Shown here in pieces: positions 1 through 9,059 of a DNA stretch of 64,000 nucleotides. The notes beneath the pieces are model-generated. The model worked only from the letters and a program-made list of their open reading frames with translations, did no database searches and was not told the origin of the DNA. Source of the DNA: an uncultured Gemmatimonadaceae bacterium (lineage in GTDB: Bacteria; Gemmatimonadota; Gemmatimonadetes; Gemmatimonadales; Gemmatimonadaceae). Position numbers and translations under genes: made by a program. Within the stretch, counting starts at the first letter, position 1; the number at the start of each line of letters is the position of its first letter. The DNA is taken from the NCBI GenBank assembly GCA_963822945.1, contig CAWGJO010000006.1, positions 10,712 through 74,711 of the forward strand. Direction: 5' to 3'.

Positions 1-143
1 AGATCACCGGACCGCGATCGCAGTTGGACGTGGCGGGCCATTACGCGCGTCCCGACATCTTCCAGCTCACGGTGTTCCGCGAGCCCCGGCCGCTGCTGCG
101 TGTGGGCGAGGCATCGGCGGGCCTGGAGCCGGGCGAGGGTTGA
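1..143 (+). CDS. Nitrilase / carbon-nitrogen hydrolase, C-terminal fragment (truncated by window edge)
   Basis: Frame 3 reads ...QLDVAGHYARPDIFQLTV...*; DxxGHYxRPD is the typical nitrilase C-terminal motif. The TGA at 141-143 overlaps the next start. Confidence 0.75.
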   Translation, partial: ITGPRSQLDVAGHYARPDIFQLTVFREPRPLLRVGEASAGLEPGEG

Positions 144-1240
144 CCGGTCCGCCGGGCGCGAGCCCCGAATTGGCGCGGGCGCTGGTCCTGCGCTACGGCT
201 GGAACTCGACCAGCTACCAGATCCTGAACCCCGGCATCTCCCACTGGTTCTCCGCGGCGGGCGATGCCGTGCTCGGCTACGCCCGCTTCCACGGCGTCTA
301 CGTGGTGGCCGGCGCGCCCATCTGTCCGGCCGACCGGCTGGCGGAGGTGGTGGACGAGTTCGAACACGAGATGCGCGCCGACGGGAGCCACGTGTGCTAC
401 TTCGGCGCCGAGGGGCGCGTGGAGCAGCTGCTGCGTGAGCGGCCCGGGCGTGCCTTCGTGATCCTCGGGGGGCAGCCGGTGTGGCATCCCGCGGCGTGGG
501 CGCCCATCGTCGCGCAGCACGCTTCGCTGCGGGCCCAGATCCAGCGGGCGCGGAACAAGGACGTGGAGGTGAGCGAGTGGAACGCGGCCCGCGCCCGCGG
601 GCGGGCGGACCTCTGGCGGTGCCTGCGCGAGTGGGGCGCCACGCGGGGACTCCCGCCCATGCACTTTCTGGTGGAGCCGCGCACGCTGGACCGGCTGGAA
701 GACCGCCGCGTCTTCGTGGCCGAGCGGGCGGGCTACGGCGTGGTGGGGTTCCTGCTGGCGTCGCCGGTTCCGGTACGCGATGGGTGGCTGGTGGAGCAGA
801 TCATCCGCGGGCGCGGCGCGCCCAACGGCTGCAACGAGCTCCTCATCGACACCGCGATGCGCGTGTTCGAGGCCGAGGGCTCCGGCTACGTCACGTTGGG
901 GCTGTCGCCGCTGTCGCGTCGCGCCCACCTGGACGAGACGGTCAATCCGGTGTGGCTTCGCTACGTGCTGGCGTGGATGCGCGCGCACGGGCGGCGGTTC
1001 TACAACTTCGACGGGCTGGACGCCTTCAAGGCAAAGCTCGATCCGGAGCGTTGGGAGCCGGTGTACGCCATTGCCGACGGGCGGCGGGTGCTGCCACGCA
1101 CGTTGTTCGCGATCGCGGCGGCGTTCAGCGGAGGCTCGCCGATTGCCTTCGTCGCCCGGGCGGTGCTCGGCGCGGCGCGCATGGAAGCGGTGTGGGCGCT
1201 GGAGAGTGCGCAGGAGTACGATGCGAAGGTGAAGGGCTGA
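140..1240 (+). CDS. DUF2156 / phosphatidylglycerol lysyltransferase (MprF C-terminal-like) domain protein, stand-alone
   Basis: Motifs VAGAPIC, APNGCNELLI, VTLGLSPL and RFYNFDGLDAFKAKLDP.WEPVY. Confidence 0.85.
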   Translation: MTGPPGASPELARALVLRYGWNSTSYQILNPGISHWFSAAGDAVLGYARFHGVYVVAGAPICPADRLAEVVDEFEHEMRADGSHVCYFGAEGRVEQLLRERPGRAFVILGGQPVWHPAAWAPIVAQHASLRAQIQRARNKDVEVSEWNAARARGRADLWRCLREWGATRGLPPMHFLVEPRTLDRLEDRRVFVAERAGYGVVGFLLASPVPVRDGWLVEQIIRGRGAPNGCNELLIDTAMRVFEAEGSGYVTLGLSPLSRRAHLDETVNPVWLRYVLAWMRAHGRRFYNFDGLDAFKAKLDPERWEPVYAIADGRRVLPRTLFAIAAAFSGGSPIAFVARAVLGAARMEAVWALESAQEYDAKVKG

Positions 1241-1350
1241 ACGGCGCAAGCTGAGAACCGCTGCCGCTGGACGCAGTCCCCTTCGCGGTGTTGATTTGGC
1301 CCGTTCGCACGGCCACGTCGTTCCTCTCCGCCCCTCCTGCCTCGACCCGC

Positions 1351-3138
1351 ATGCACTTCACGAGACTCGACTGGATCATCGTCACGGCGTCGATCGTCGT
1401 GTCGTTCCTGCCGGCGCTGTTCTTCATCAAGCGCGCGGGCTCCAGCACCGCCGAATTCTTCACCTCGGGCCGCGCCGCGCCCTGGTGGCTGGTGGGCGTC
1501 TCGATGGTGGCCACGACGTTCAGTACCGATACGCCCAATCTGGTGACGAACATGGTTCGCCAGAACGGCGTGGCCGACAACTGGCTGTGGTGGGCGTTCC
1601 TGCTCACCGGCATGATGACGGTGTTCTTCTTCGCCCGCATGTGGCGCCGGTCGCGGGTGATGACCGACCTCGAGTTCTACGAGCTGCGCTATTCGGGCAA
1701 GGCGGCGAGCTTCGTGCGCGGCTTCCGCGCCGTCTACCTCGGCCTCTTCTTCAACTGCGTCATCATGGCCACGGTGAACCTGGCGGCGGTGAAGATCGCC
1801 GGCATCGTGCTCGGGTGGCCGTCGTGGAAGACGCTCACCATCGCCGCCATCATCACGGTGTTCTTCGCCTCGGTGTCCGGCCTCTGGGGCGTGCTCGTCA
1901 CCGACTTCATCCAGTTCGGAATCATGATGACGGGGACGTTCGCCGTGGCCTACTTCGCGGTGAAGCAGCCGCAGGTGGGCGGCATGGCGGGGCTGATCTC
2001 GAAGATCGATCCCAAGACGCTGAATCTGCTGCCCGACTTCGGCAACTGGTCGGTGGCGCTGGCGGTGTTCATCATCCCGGTCACCATCCAGTGGTGGTCG
2101 GTGTGGTATCCGGGGGCCGAACCGGGCGGCGGGAGCTACATGGCGCAGCGCATGCTCGCCTCGCGCAGCGAGAAGGACGCGCTCACCGGCACGTTCCTGT
2201 TCAACGTGATGCACTACGCGCTCCGCCCCTGGCCCTGGATCATCGTCGCTCTCGCCAGCACGATCATCTACCCCAACCTGGCCTCGATCCAGCACGCCTT
2301 CCCGGCGCTCGATCCCAAGCTGCTGGGCGACGACATCGCGTACCCGGCCATGCTGCGCTTCCTGCCGGCCGGATTCCTGGGCCTCATGGTGGCCGGCATG
2401 CTCGCCGCCTACTGCTCCACCATCGAGACGCATCTCAACTGGGGCACATCGTATCTGGTGCACGACTTCTACCGGCGATTCATCAGTCGTGACCGGTCGG
2501 AGAAGCACTACGTGTTCATCGGTCGCGTGGTCACCGCGCTGCTCATGGTGTGCGCCGCGCTCCTCACCTTCGAGCTGACCACGGCCAAGGCGGCGTTCGA
2601 CCTCATCCTCTCCATCGGCGCCGGGACGGGGCTCATCTACCTGCTGCGCTGGTTCTGGTGGCGCGTGAATGCGTGGAGCGAGGTGTCGGCGATGGTGAGT
2701 TCGTTCGTCGTCGCCGTCGGGTTCTTCGTCGGCGGGAAGATGGGGCATCCGGTGGACGCCAACGTGTCGCTGGTGATCACCGTGGCCGTGACCACCGTGG
2801 TGTGGGTGGCGGTCACCTATCTCACCGAGCCGCACGACCACGCCACGCTCCTGGCCTTCTACCGGCTGGTGCGCCCCGCCGGCCCCGGGTGGACGGCCAT
2901 CCGCGCGGAGTCCGGGCTCGGGGCGTCGCCCGACAGCCTGCCACAAGCGATGCTGGGCTGGACGCTCGGCTGCCTGTTCGTCTATTCGGCGCTGTTCGGC
3001 ACGGGGAGCTTCCTCTACGGCCGCATCCCGCAGGCGATCATGTGGACCGTGTCCTTCGTGATCAGCGGGATCGGGCTCCTGATGGTGGTCCCGCGGCTGT
3101 GGAGCGGCGCGGGCTCGGAGGCAGCGGAGGGCGCATGA
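1351..3138 (+). CDS. Sodium:solute symporter (SSS) family transporter
   Basis: FFTSGRAAPWWLVGVSMVATTFSTDT and YMAQRMLA; many TM helices; ATG at 1351. Confidence 0.9.
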   Translation: MHFTRLDWIIVTASIVVSFLPALFFIKRAGSSTAEFFTSGRAAPWWLVGVSMVATTFSTDTPNLVTNMVRQNGVADNWLWWAFLLTGMMTVFFFARMWRRSRVMTDLEFYELRYSGKAASFVRGFRAVYLGLFFNCVIMATVNLAAVKIAGIVLGWPSWKTLTIAAIITVFFASVSGLWGVLVTDFIQFGIMMTGTFAVAYFAVKQPQVGGMAGLISKIDPKTLNLLPDFGNWSVALAVFIIPVTIQWWSVWYPGAEPGGGSYMAQRMLASRSEKDALTGTFLFNVMHYALRPWPWIIVALASTIIYPNLASIQHAFPALDPKLLGDDIAYPAMLRFLPAGFLGLMVAGMLAAYCSTIETHLNWGTSYLVHDFYRRFISRDRSEKHYVFIGRVVTALLMVCAALLTFELTTAKAAFDLILSIGAGTGLIYLLRWFWWRVNAWSEVSAMVSSFVVAVGFFVGGKMGHPVDANVSLVITVAVTTVVWVAVTYLTEPHDHATLLAFYRLVRPAGPGWTAIRAESGLGASPDSLPQAMLGWTLGCLFVYSALFGTGSFLYGRIPQAIMWTVSFVISGIGLLMVVPRLWSGAGSEAAEGA

Positions 3139-3962
3139 CCGAGCGCCGGCCCGCCGTGACGAAGGCCGTCGTGCTGGCGCGAGGGCTGGGTACTCGCATG
3201 CGCCGTGAGGACGCCGGCGCGGCGCTCGACGACGCCCAGGCCGCGGTGGCGGCTCGTGGCGTGAAGGCGATGATCCCGATCGGGCGTCCCTTTCTGGACT
3301 TCGCCCTGAGCGCGCTCGCCGACGCCGGTTGTACCGACGTGTGCGTCGTCGTCGCGCCGGGCCCCAACGAAATTCGTGACCACTACACGCGCACGCCGCC
3401 CGAGCGGGTGCGCGTTTCGTTTTCCATTCAGGAGGAACCCCGCGGCACCGCCGATGCGCTGCTCGCAGCCGAGGCATTCGCCGCGGGGGACCGGGTGCTG
3501 ATGGTGAATTCCGACAATTACTACCCGCCCGCCGCGCTCGCGGCGCTGTGCGCGGCGCCCGGTTCGGCGGTGCTCGGCTTCGAGCGCGACGCGCTGATCC
3601 GCGAGAGCAACATCGAGGAGGCGCGCGTGCTCCGGTACGCGCTGCTGGCGCAGAACGCCGACGGCTCGTTGGCCCGCATCGTCGAGAAGCCCGACGAGGC
3701 CACGGCCCGCGCCTTCGGCGACGACGCGCTGGTGAGCATGAACGCGTGGCTGTTCACGCCCGTCATCTTCGACGCCTGCCGGCGCGTGACGCCGTCGCCG
3801 CGGGGGGAACTCGAACTGCAGGACGCCGTGCGCATCGCCATCGAGGAGATGGGGGAGCGGATCGACGTGGTGCGCGTGGCGGCCGGCGTGCTCGACCTGT
3901 CGAGCCGCGGCGACATTGCCAGCGTGCGTGAACGGCTGGCCGGCGTGGAGGCACGGCCATGA
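3135..3962 (+). CDS. Sugar-phosphate nucleotidyltransferase (RmlA/GalU-like)
   Basis: AVVLARGLGTRM, QEEPRGTADA, VEKP and SPRGELEL; ATGA overlap with the SSS gene. Confidence 0.88.
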   Translation: MTERRPAVTKAVVLARGLGTRMRREDAGAALDDAQAAVAARGVKAMIPIGRPFLDFALSALADAGCTDVCVVVAPGPNEIRDHYTRTPPERVRVSFSIQEEPRGTADALLAAEAFAAGDRVLMVNSDNYYPPAALAALCAAPGSAVLGFERDALIRESNIEEARVLRYALLAQNADGSLARIVEKPDEATARAFGDDALVSMNAWLFTPVIFDACRRVTPSPRGELELQDAVRIAIEEMGERIDVVRVAAGVLDLSSRGDIASVRERLAGVEARP

Positions 3963-5317
3963 GCGGCGCGTTCGCGCGGCCGCTGGTGACCGCCGGCATG
4001 TCGAGTGCCGCGGCGTCCGCCAAGGACGAACTGTTCACCGCCGCCGTCGACGCCCTGCGCGCCCACGACGTCTCGGGGGAATCGCTGGCCGCCTGGTTCT
4101 CGCCGGGGCGCATCGAGGTGTTGGGCAAGCATACCGACTACGCGGGCGGACGCAGCCTGCTCTGCGCCGTGGAACGCGGCGTCTGCCTGGTGGCCTCGCC
4201 GCGCGCCGACGGGATGGTGCGCGTGATCGACGCCCGCCTGAACGATTCCGCCACGTTCCCCTTCGGGCCCGACATCGAACCGCCCATGGGGCACTGGTCC
4301 AACTATCCGATGACCGTGGTGCGCCGCGTGGCGCGCAACTTTCCCAATGCGCGCCGCGGGCTCGACATCGCGCTGGCCAGCGATCTGCCGCTCAGCGCCG
4401 GCGTGAGCAGCTCCAGCGCGCTGGTCGTCGCCATCTTCCTCGCCGTCTCGTACGTCAACGACCTGGAGCACGACGAGGCGTACCGGCGCGAGATCACCGA
4501 TCGCGAGGCGCTTGCCTCGTACCTCGGCTGCGTGGAGAACGGGCAGAGCTTCGGCACCCTGACCGGCGACCGCGGGGTCGGGATCTTCGGGGGCAGCGAG
4601 GACCAGACGGCGATTCTGTGCTGCCGGCCGCGCATGCTCAGCCAGTACTCCTTCTGCCCGGTGCGCGCCGAGGGCACGGTGCGACTGCCCGAGGGGTACA
4701 CCTTCGCGATCGCCAACAGCGGGGTGCTGGCCGAGAAGGCGGGCGCGGCCCGCGACGCCTACAACCGGGCGTCGGTGGCAACCCGCGTCATCCTGCAGTT
4801 GTGGACCGAGGCCACGGGGCGCGACGACGACTCGCTGGCCGCGGCGGCCGCCTCGTCGGCCGATGCCCCGGACCGCATCCGACAGTTGATCCGCGGCGCG
4901 ACGCACGCCGAGTATCCGCCGGGCGTCCTGATGGACCGGTTCGACCAGTTCGTGGAGGAGAGCACGCGGATCATTCCCGAGGCGCGGCGGGCGCTCGACG
5001 CCGGCGACCTGGAGCGGTTCGGCGCGTTGGTGGACGAGTCGCAGAACAACGTGGAGCGGTGGCTGGGCAACCAGATCGCGGAGACGATCGCGTTGCAGCG
5101 GCAGGCGCGCGCCCTCGGCGCCGCGGCGGCGTCGGCGTTCGGCGCCGGGTTCGGCGGCAGCGTGTGGGCGCTGGTGCGGGAGTCCGACGCGCCCGCGTTC
5201 GCGCAGAAATGGGATTCCAGGTATCGTCTAGCGTTCCCCAATGCGGGTCCGGCTGCGGAGGTATTCGTGACCGGGGCCGGCCCGGCAGCACTCCAGTTGG
5301 CTCACCCAAGGCCGTGA
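3959..5317 (+). CDS. Galactokinase-like GHMP sugar kinase
   Basis: SPGRIEVLGKHTDY, PLSAGVSSSSA (GHMP ATP loop) and GAGFGGS; ATGA overlap. Confidence 0.88.
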   Translation: MSGAFARPLVTAGMSSAAASAKDELFTAAVDALRAHDVSGESLAAWFSPGRIEVLGKHTDYAGGRSLLCAVERGVCLVASPRADGMVRVIDARLNDSATFPFGPDIEPPMGHWSNYPMTVVRRVARNFPNARRGLDIALASDLPLSAGVSSSSALVVAIFLAVSYVNDLEHDEAYRREITDREALASYLGCVENGQSFGTLTGDRGVGIFGGSEDQTAILCCRPRMLSQYSFCPVRAEGTVRLPEGYTFAIANSGVLAEKAGAARDAYNRASVATRVILQLWTEATGRDDDSLAAAAASSADAPDRIRQLIRGATHAEYPPGVLMDRFDQFVEESTRIIPEARRALDAGDLERFGALVDESQNNVERWLGNQIAETIALQRQARALGAAAASAFGAGFGGSVWALVRESDAPAFAQKWDSRYRLAFPNAGPAAEVFVTGAGPAALQLAHPRP

Positions 5318-5324
5318 GGTGCAT

Positions 5325-5711
5325 ATGTGGAAGGATTTCAAGGGTTTCCTGATCAAGCAGAACGCCATCGGACTCGCGGTGGCGGTGGTGATCGGCGTGG
5401 CGCTCAACGACGTGGTGAAGGCGATCGTGAGCGACGTCATCATGCCGATCGTGGCCGTGGCGCAACCCAGCGGCGAGTGGGCGACGTACGTGCTGCACTT
5501 GTGGAAATTCCAATTCCCGGTCGGCCACCTGGTGAATGCGGTGATCAACTTCTTCATCATCGGCTTCGTGGCCTGGCGCATCAGCAAGATCTTCGTGAAG
5601 GAGCCGCCCAAGGGTGCGCCAACCACGAAGGTCTGCCAGTTCTGCAAGTCGACCATCGACATCGCCGCCACGCGGTGCGCGCACTGCACCAGCCAACTGT
5701 CGGCGGCGTAG
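5325..5711 (+). CDS. mscL: Large-conductance mechanosensitive channel with C-terminal CxxC..CxxC zinc ribbon
   Basis: MWKDFKGFL..NAIGLAVAVVIG, VINFFII; C-terminal CQFC..ATRCAHC. Confidence 0.9.
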   Translation: MWKDFKGFLIKQNAIGLAVAVVIGVALNDVVKAIVSDVIMPIVAVAQPSGEWATYVLHLWKFQFPVGHLVNAVINFFIIGFVAWRISKIFVKEPPKGAPTTKVCQFCKSTIDIAATRCAHCTSQLSAA

Positions 5712-5720
5712 GGGCCCTGC

Positions 5721-6083
5721 ATGGCGGCACCGCGGAAGCGGGCGGACGTCCCGGGTGCGTCCGGCACGTACGCCCGCATCTACGCCGTGGTGCGCCGCAT
5801 TCCCCGGGGCCGGGTGGCCACCTACGGGCAAGTGGCCCGCGTGGCCGGCCTGCCGGGTCATGCGCGGCAGGTGGGCTACGCCATGGCGGCGCTCAAGGAC
5901 GGGATGCGGGTACCCTGGCACCGGGTGATCAACGCGCAGGGGGCGGTGAGCCCGCGGCGCGCGGGCCCCGGGGCCGGTGTGCGGCAGCGCCAGCTGCTGG
6001 AACGCGAGGGCGTGACGTTCAGCCCGCGCGGGCGGGTGTCGCTGGACCGGTACGGCTGGGAGCCTCGCGGCCGGAGCCGGTGA
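5721..6083 (+). CDS. Alkyltransferase-like (ATL, MGMT family) DNA-binding protein
   Basis: IPRGRVATYGQVA, ARQVG and PWHRV (Trp in place of the catalytic Cys). Confidence 0.9.
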   Translation: MAAPRKRADVPGASGTYARIYAVVRRIPRGRVATYGQVARVAGLPGHARQVGYAMAALKDGMRVPWHRVINAQGAVSPRRAGPGAGVRQRQLLEREGVTFSPRGRVSLDRYGWEPRGRSR

Positions 6084-6153
6084 ACACTACAGTGGATGTC
6101 GGCGGCACCGCGGGTGCGGTGCGGCGCTGGTCACGGGATGGGAGAACGGAACG

Positions 6154-6648
6154 ATGCGAGAGTACTTCAAGCGGTTGTTCGCGCATCTGCAGTGGGCGGA
6201 TGCGCGCACCCTGCGGTCCATCGTCGACAGCCAGCACCTGCCGGCGCATGCGTTGGAACTGTTCGCCCACGTGGTGGCCGCCGAGCACGTCTGGCTGAGC
6301 CGGTTGGCGGGCGTGGCCTCCAGGCTGCCCGTGTGGCCCACACTCTCGATTGCCGAATGCGATGCGCTGATGCACGAGAACCATGCGGCGTACACCCAAT
6401 TTCTGGACGAGCTGGGCGACGACGACCTCGCGCATTCGGTGGCCTATCGCAATTCGGCGGGCCGGGAATTCACGTCCACCATCGAGGAGATGCTCACGCA
6501 GGTGGCGACGCACGGCATCTACCACCGCGGTCAGATCGCGGCGCTGGTGCGCGCGGCGGGCGATGAACCGCAGCCCACGGATTACATCGCGTTCGCCCGC
6601 GGGGCGCCGTCCGCCACGCGCGGCGGCCAGGACCCGGCCTCGCGATGA
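6154..6648 (+). CDS. DinB family protein
   Basis: HVVAAEHVWL, HGIYHRGQI and TDYI. Confidence 0.85.
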   Translation: MREYFKRLFAHLQWADARTLRSIVDSQHLPAHALELFAHVVAAEHVWLSRLAGVASRLPVWPTLSIAECDALMHENHAAYTQFLDELGDDDLAHSVAYRNSAGREFTSTIEEMLTQVATHGIYHRGQIAALVRAAGDEPQPTDYIAFARGAPSATRGGQDPASR

Positions 6649-7049
6649 GTGCCGACGCCTCCGCCGATCGTCCACAGCCGCCCCATCCGTCCGGGCCGCG
6701 GCGCCACCGGCTGTACAAGCCGATGGTGTCGCGTACGGTGTACTACCGGCATCTGGTGCGGAACGCGCTCATCGGCGGCTCGATGGTCGGGGTGGCGTTG
6801 ATGGTCGGTGTGGTGGGCTACCACGTGACGGCGAGTCTCGGGTGGCTCGACTCGCTGGTGAACGCGAGCATGATCCTGGGCGGCATGGGCCCGGTGGATC
6901 CCATCCGGTCGAGCGCCGGCAAGTGGTTCGAGAGCTTCTACGCGCTGTTCAGCGGCGTGGTGTTCATCGGGTCGGTGGGCGTGATGCTGGCGCCGCCGGC
7001 CAAGCGGTTCCTGCACCGGTTCCATCTGGACATCGAGGCGGACGACTAG
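6645..7049 (+). CDS. Small membrane protein (2TM ion-channel-like)
   Basis: GYH..LGWLDSLVNASMILGGMGPV..GKWF.SFYALFSG with two hydrophobic segments. Confidence 0.65.
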   Translation: MSADASADRPQPPHPSGPRRHRLYKPMVSRTVYYRHLVRNALIGGSMVGVALMVGVVGYHVTASLGWLDSLVNASMILGGMGPVDPIRSSAGKWFESFYALFSGVVFIGSVGVMLAPPAKRFLHRFHLDIEADD

Positions 7050-7429
7050 AAGGCCACCCTCACCACGCGGATGCTGTCGGGAACGAGCCCATCGGCGGGT
7101 CCGGGCACCAGGCGCCACCAGTAGACGAGGGCTTCCTTCGCGCCGGCGTAGTAGCCGGAGACGGTGGAATACGAGATGCTGGTGTCGGCGCCCGGGCGCA
7201 AAATCAGGCAGCCCGGAATGTCGGGGCCGCATGGGGCCCACAGGATCAACGCGGACTCTCCCGCCTCGACGGGGAAGAAGCCGATTGAGAAGCTGCCGCG
7301 GTTGCTCAGATGGATGGCGGAGTCGGCGGCCGACACCGCGACAGCGAGATCTTCGCGCGGCATCGTGGGCCCGTTGCAGGCGGCCACGAGTATCGCAGCG
7401 AGGATGGCGGTAACGGTTCCGGTGCGCAT
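7046..7429 (-). CDS. Hypothetical lipoprotein
   Basis: MRTGTVTAILAAILVAAC lipobox; GGAGG RBS upstream. Confidence 0.7.
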   Translation of the reverse strand: MRTGTVTAILAAILVAACNGPTMPREDLAVAVSAADSAIHLSNRGSFSIGFFPVEAGESALILWAPCGPDIPGCLILRPGADTSISYSTVSGYYAGAKEALVYWWRLVPGPADGLVPDSIRVVRVAF

Positions 7430-7562
7430 AAGGCCTCCGTGGATGGACGGCGGCAGAGCCAACGGTTTCGTGGGCCGCCCGTCCCTACCAGAGGTCAACT
7501 CCGTCGCCGCGCCGGCGGTCACGGAACGGGCATGAGGCCCTGGCGGGATGCGGAACCGTTAC

Positions 7563-7591
7563 TTGACAGGTCCCCGATCGCCGGTGAAGAT
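7563..7591 (+). promoter_or_regulatory. Sigma70-like promoter of the phhA leader
   Basis: Perfect TTGACA (7563-7568), 17-bp spacer, GAAGAT (7586-7591); the leader ATG lies 7 nt after the -10. Confidence 0.55.
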
Positions 7592-7598
7592 TCGCGGC

Positions 7599-7682
7599 AT
7601 GACGACGCACCTCTGCGCCTGGTATTCCTACTGGTATTCGACCTCATCCACGGGCCGAAGCTGGAGGCGTGCGCACAGGTAG
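7599..7682 (+). CDS. Attenuator leader peptide MTTHLCAWYSYWYSTSSTGRSWRRAHR (Trp/Tyr control codons)
   Basis: 27-aa ORF with a W-Y-S-Y-W-Y cluster at 7620-7637, lying directly upstream of a terminator and phhA. Confidence 0.8.
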   Translation: MTTHLCAWYSYWYSTSSTGRSWRRAHR

Positions 7683-7704
7683 TCAGGCGCTGGAGTCTTT
7701 CCTC

Positions 7705-7737
7705 AGGCGGTCCGTGAAGTTCACGGGCCGCCTTTTT
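7705..7737 (+). terminator. Intrinsic terminator (attenuator hairpin) upstream of phhA
   Basis: AGGCGGTCCGTGAA-G-TTCACGGGCCGCCT followed by a T tract, about 25 nt before the phhA ATG. Confidence 0.85.
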
Positions 7738-7762
7738 CGTGTTCACCACCACCGAGGTCGCC

Positions 7763-8525
7763 ATGCTGGACGCCGCACAGAAGCTCCCAACCGAAGAGCC
7801 GCAGTTCATCGAGCAGCGGTGGAACGAGTACACCAACGAGCAGCACGACGTGTGGGCGCTGCTCTACGAGCGGCGGATGCGCGACCTGGCCGAGCATGGC
7901 AGCGAGGTGTATCTGCGGGGCGCCGAACGGATCGGGTTGTGTCCCGACTGCGTGCCCGACCTGCGCGTGGTGAACGAGAAGCTGCGGGTGCTCACCGGGT
8001 GGCAGGCGGTGCCGGTGAGCGGGTTCCTGCCGGCGCCGGAGTTCTTCCGCTGCCTGTCGCGGCGCCTGTTCCCCACCACGGTGACCATCCGGCCGCGGGA
8101 GCAGCTCGACTACCTGCCGGAGCCCGACATCTTCCACGACGTGTTCGGGCACGTGCCGCTGCACGCGAGCCCGGCGTTCGCGGACTATCTGCAGCGGTTC
8201 GGGCAGATTGCCTGCCGGGCGGAGCGGGAGGAGCAGATTGCGGGGATGGCGCGGCTGTTCTGGTTCACCGTGGAGTTCGGGCTGGTGAGGGAGGACGACG
8301 CGGGTGAAGGTGTACGGGAGCGGGCTCATCTCGTCGCACGGCGACGCGGCGCACGCGCTGGGCCCGGAGTGCGAGCGCCGGCCGTTCAGTGTGGACGCGG
8401 TGCTGGCGCAGCCGTTCGAGATCGACCGGATGCAGGACGTGCTGTTCGTGGTGGACACCTTCGGGCTGCTCTTCCACGCGGCGCAGGAGGCGGCGGACAG
8501 GTTGGGGATTCCGGACGCCGTGTGA
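7763..8525 (+). CDS. phhA: Phenylalanine 4-monooxygenase (aromatic amino acid hydroxylase); frameshift ~8300
   Basis: LDYLPEPDIFHDVFGHVP (iron ligands), RLFWFTVEFGL, then KVYGSGLISS in the next frame. Confidence 0.92.
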
Positions 8526-8543
8526 GCGTGGCATCTTGGGCGG

Positions 8544-9059
8544 GTGAAGACGATCACGGGCAGTAGACGATGGGTGGTAGCCGCCATGCTGGCAGTGGTG
8601 GGCATGGCGGCGGCGTGCAAGCAGGGGCCCACGCCGCAGCAGGTGGCGCAGCAACAGGCCGAGCGCGCGCAGGAAGTGGCGAGTTCGCCCTGTCCGGCCG
8701 ACGGGTGGTGGAAGGAGTGCAGCCTGACAGCGCGGCTGCTGGCTGCGGGGATGGGCGTGCGGCTGGACAGCGCGCCGGCCAGGGACAGTGCCATTGCCAA
8801 GCCGGGGCTGCTGTACCACATCGGCCGTTCGACGCTCAAGGTGTTCCTGTTCGCCGATTCCGCGGAGCGGAAGGCGGCGGTGGCGAAGTTGGACACCACG
8901 GGGTTCATCGGGTACGAGGCCACGCAGTCGTACCCGCCCAAGACGTCGATGCTGCAGTCGGCCAACCTGCTGGCGCTGCTGGTGAGCCAGAGCGAGACGC
9001 AGCGGCAGCGGATCGGAGACGCGATCACGGCGGGGGCGCCGCAGCCGGCGAAGAAGTAG
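8544..9059 (+). CDS. Hypothetical lipoprotein
   Basis: Hydrophobic signal ending MAAAC; GC3-rich codons. Confidence 0.7.
   Translation: MKTITGSRRWVVAAMLAVVGMAAACKQGPTPQQVAQQQAERAQEVASSPCPADGWWKECSLTARLLAAGMGVRLDSAPARDSAIAKPGLLYHIGRSTLKVFLFADSAERKAAVAKLDTTGFIGYEATQSYPPKTSMLQSANLLALLVSQSETQRQRIGDAITAGAPQPAKK

Noticed and set aside
1000..3477. Long antisense ORFs (e.g. 825 aa here; also 10861-12846 and 21024-22274)
   Set aside because: These are Arg/Ala/Gly-rich shadow frames of real genes on the opposite strand, expected at high GC.
5630..5711. MscL zinc-ribbon tail as a novelty
   Set aside because: C-terminal CxxC..CxxC extensions are common in MscL homologues.
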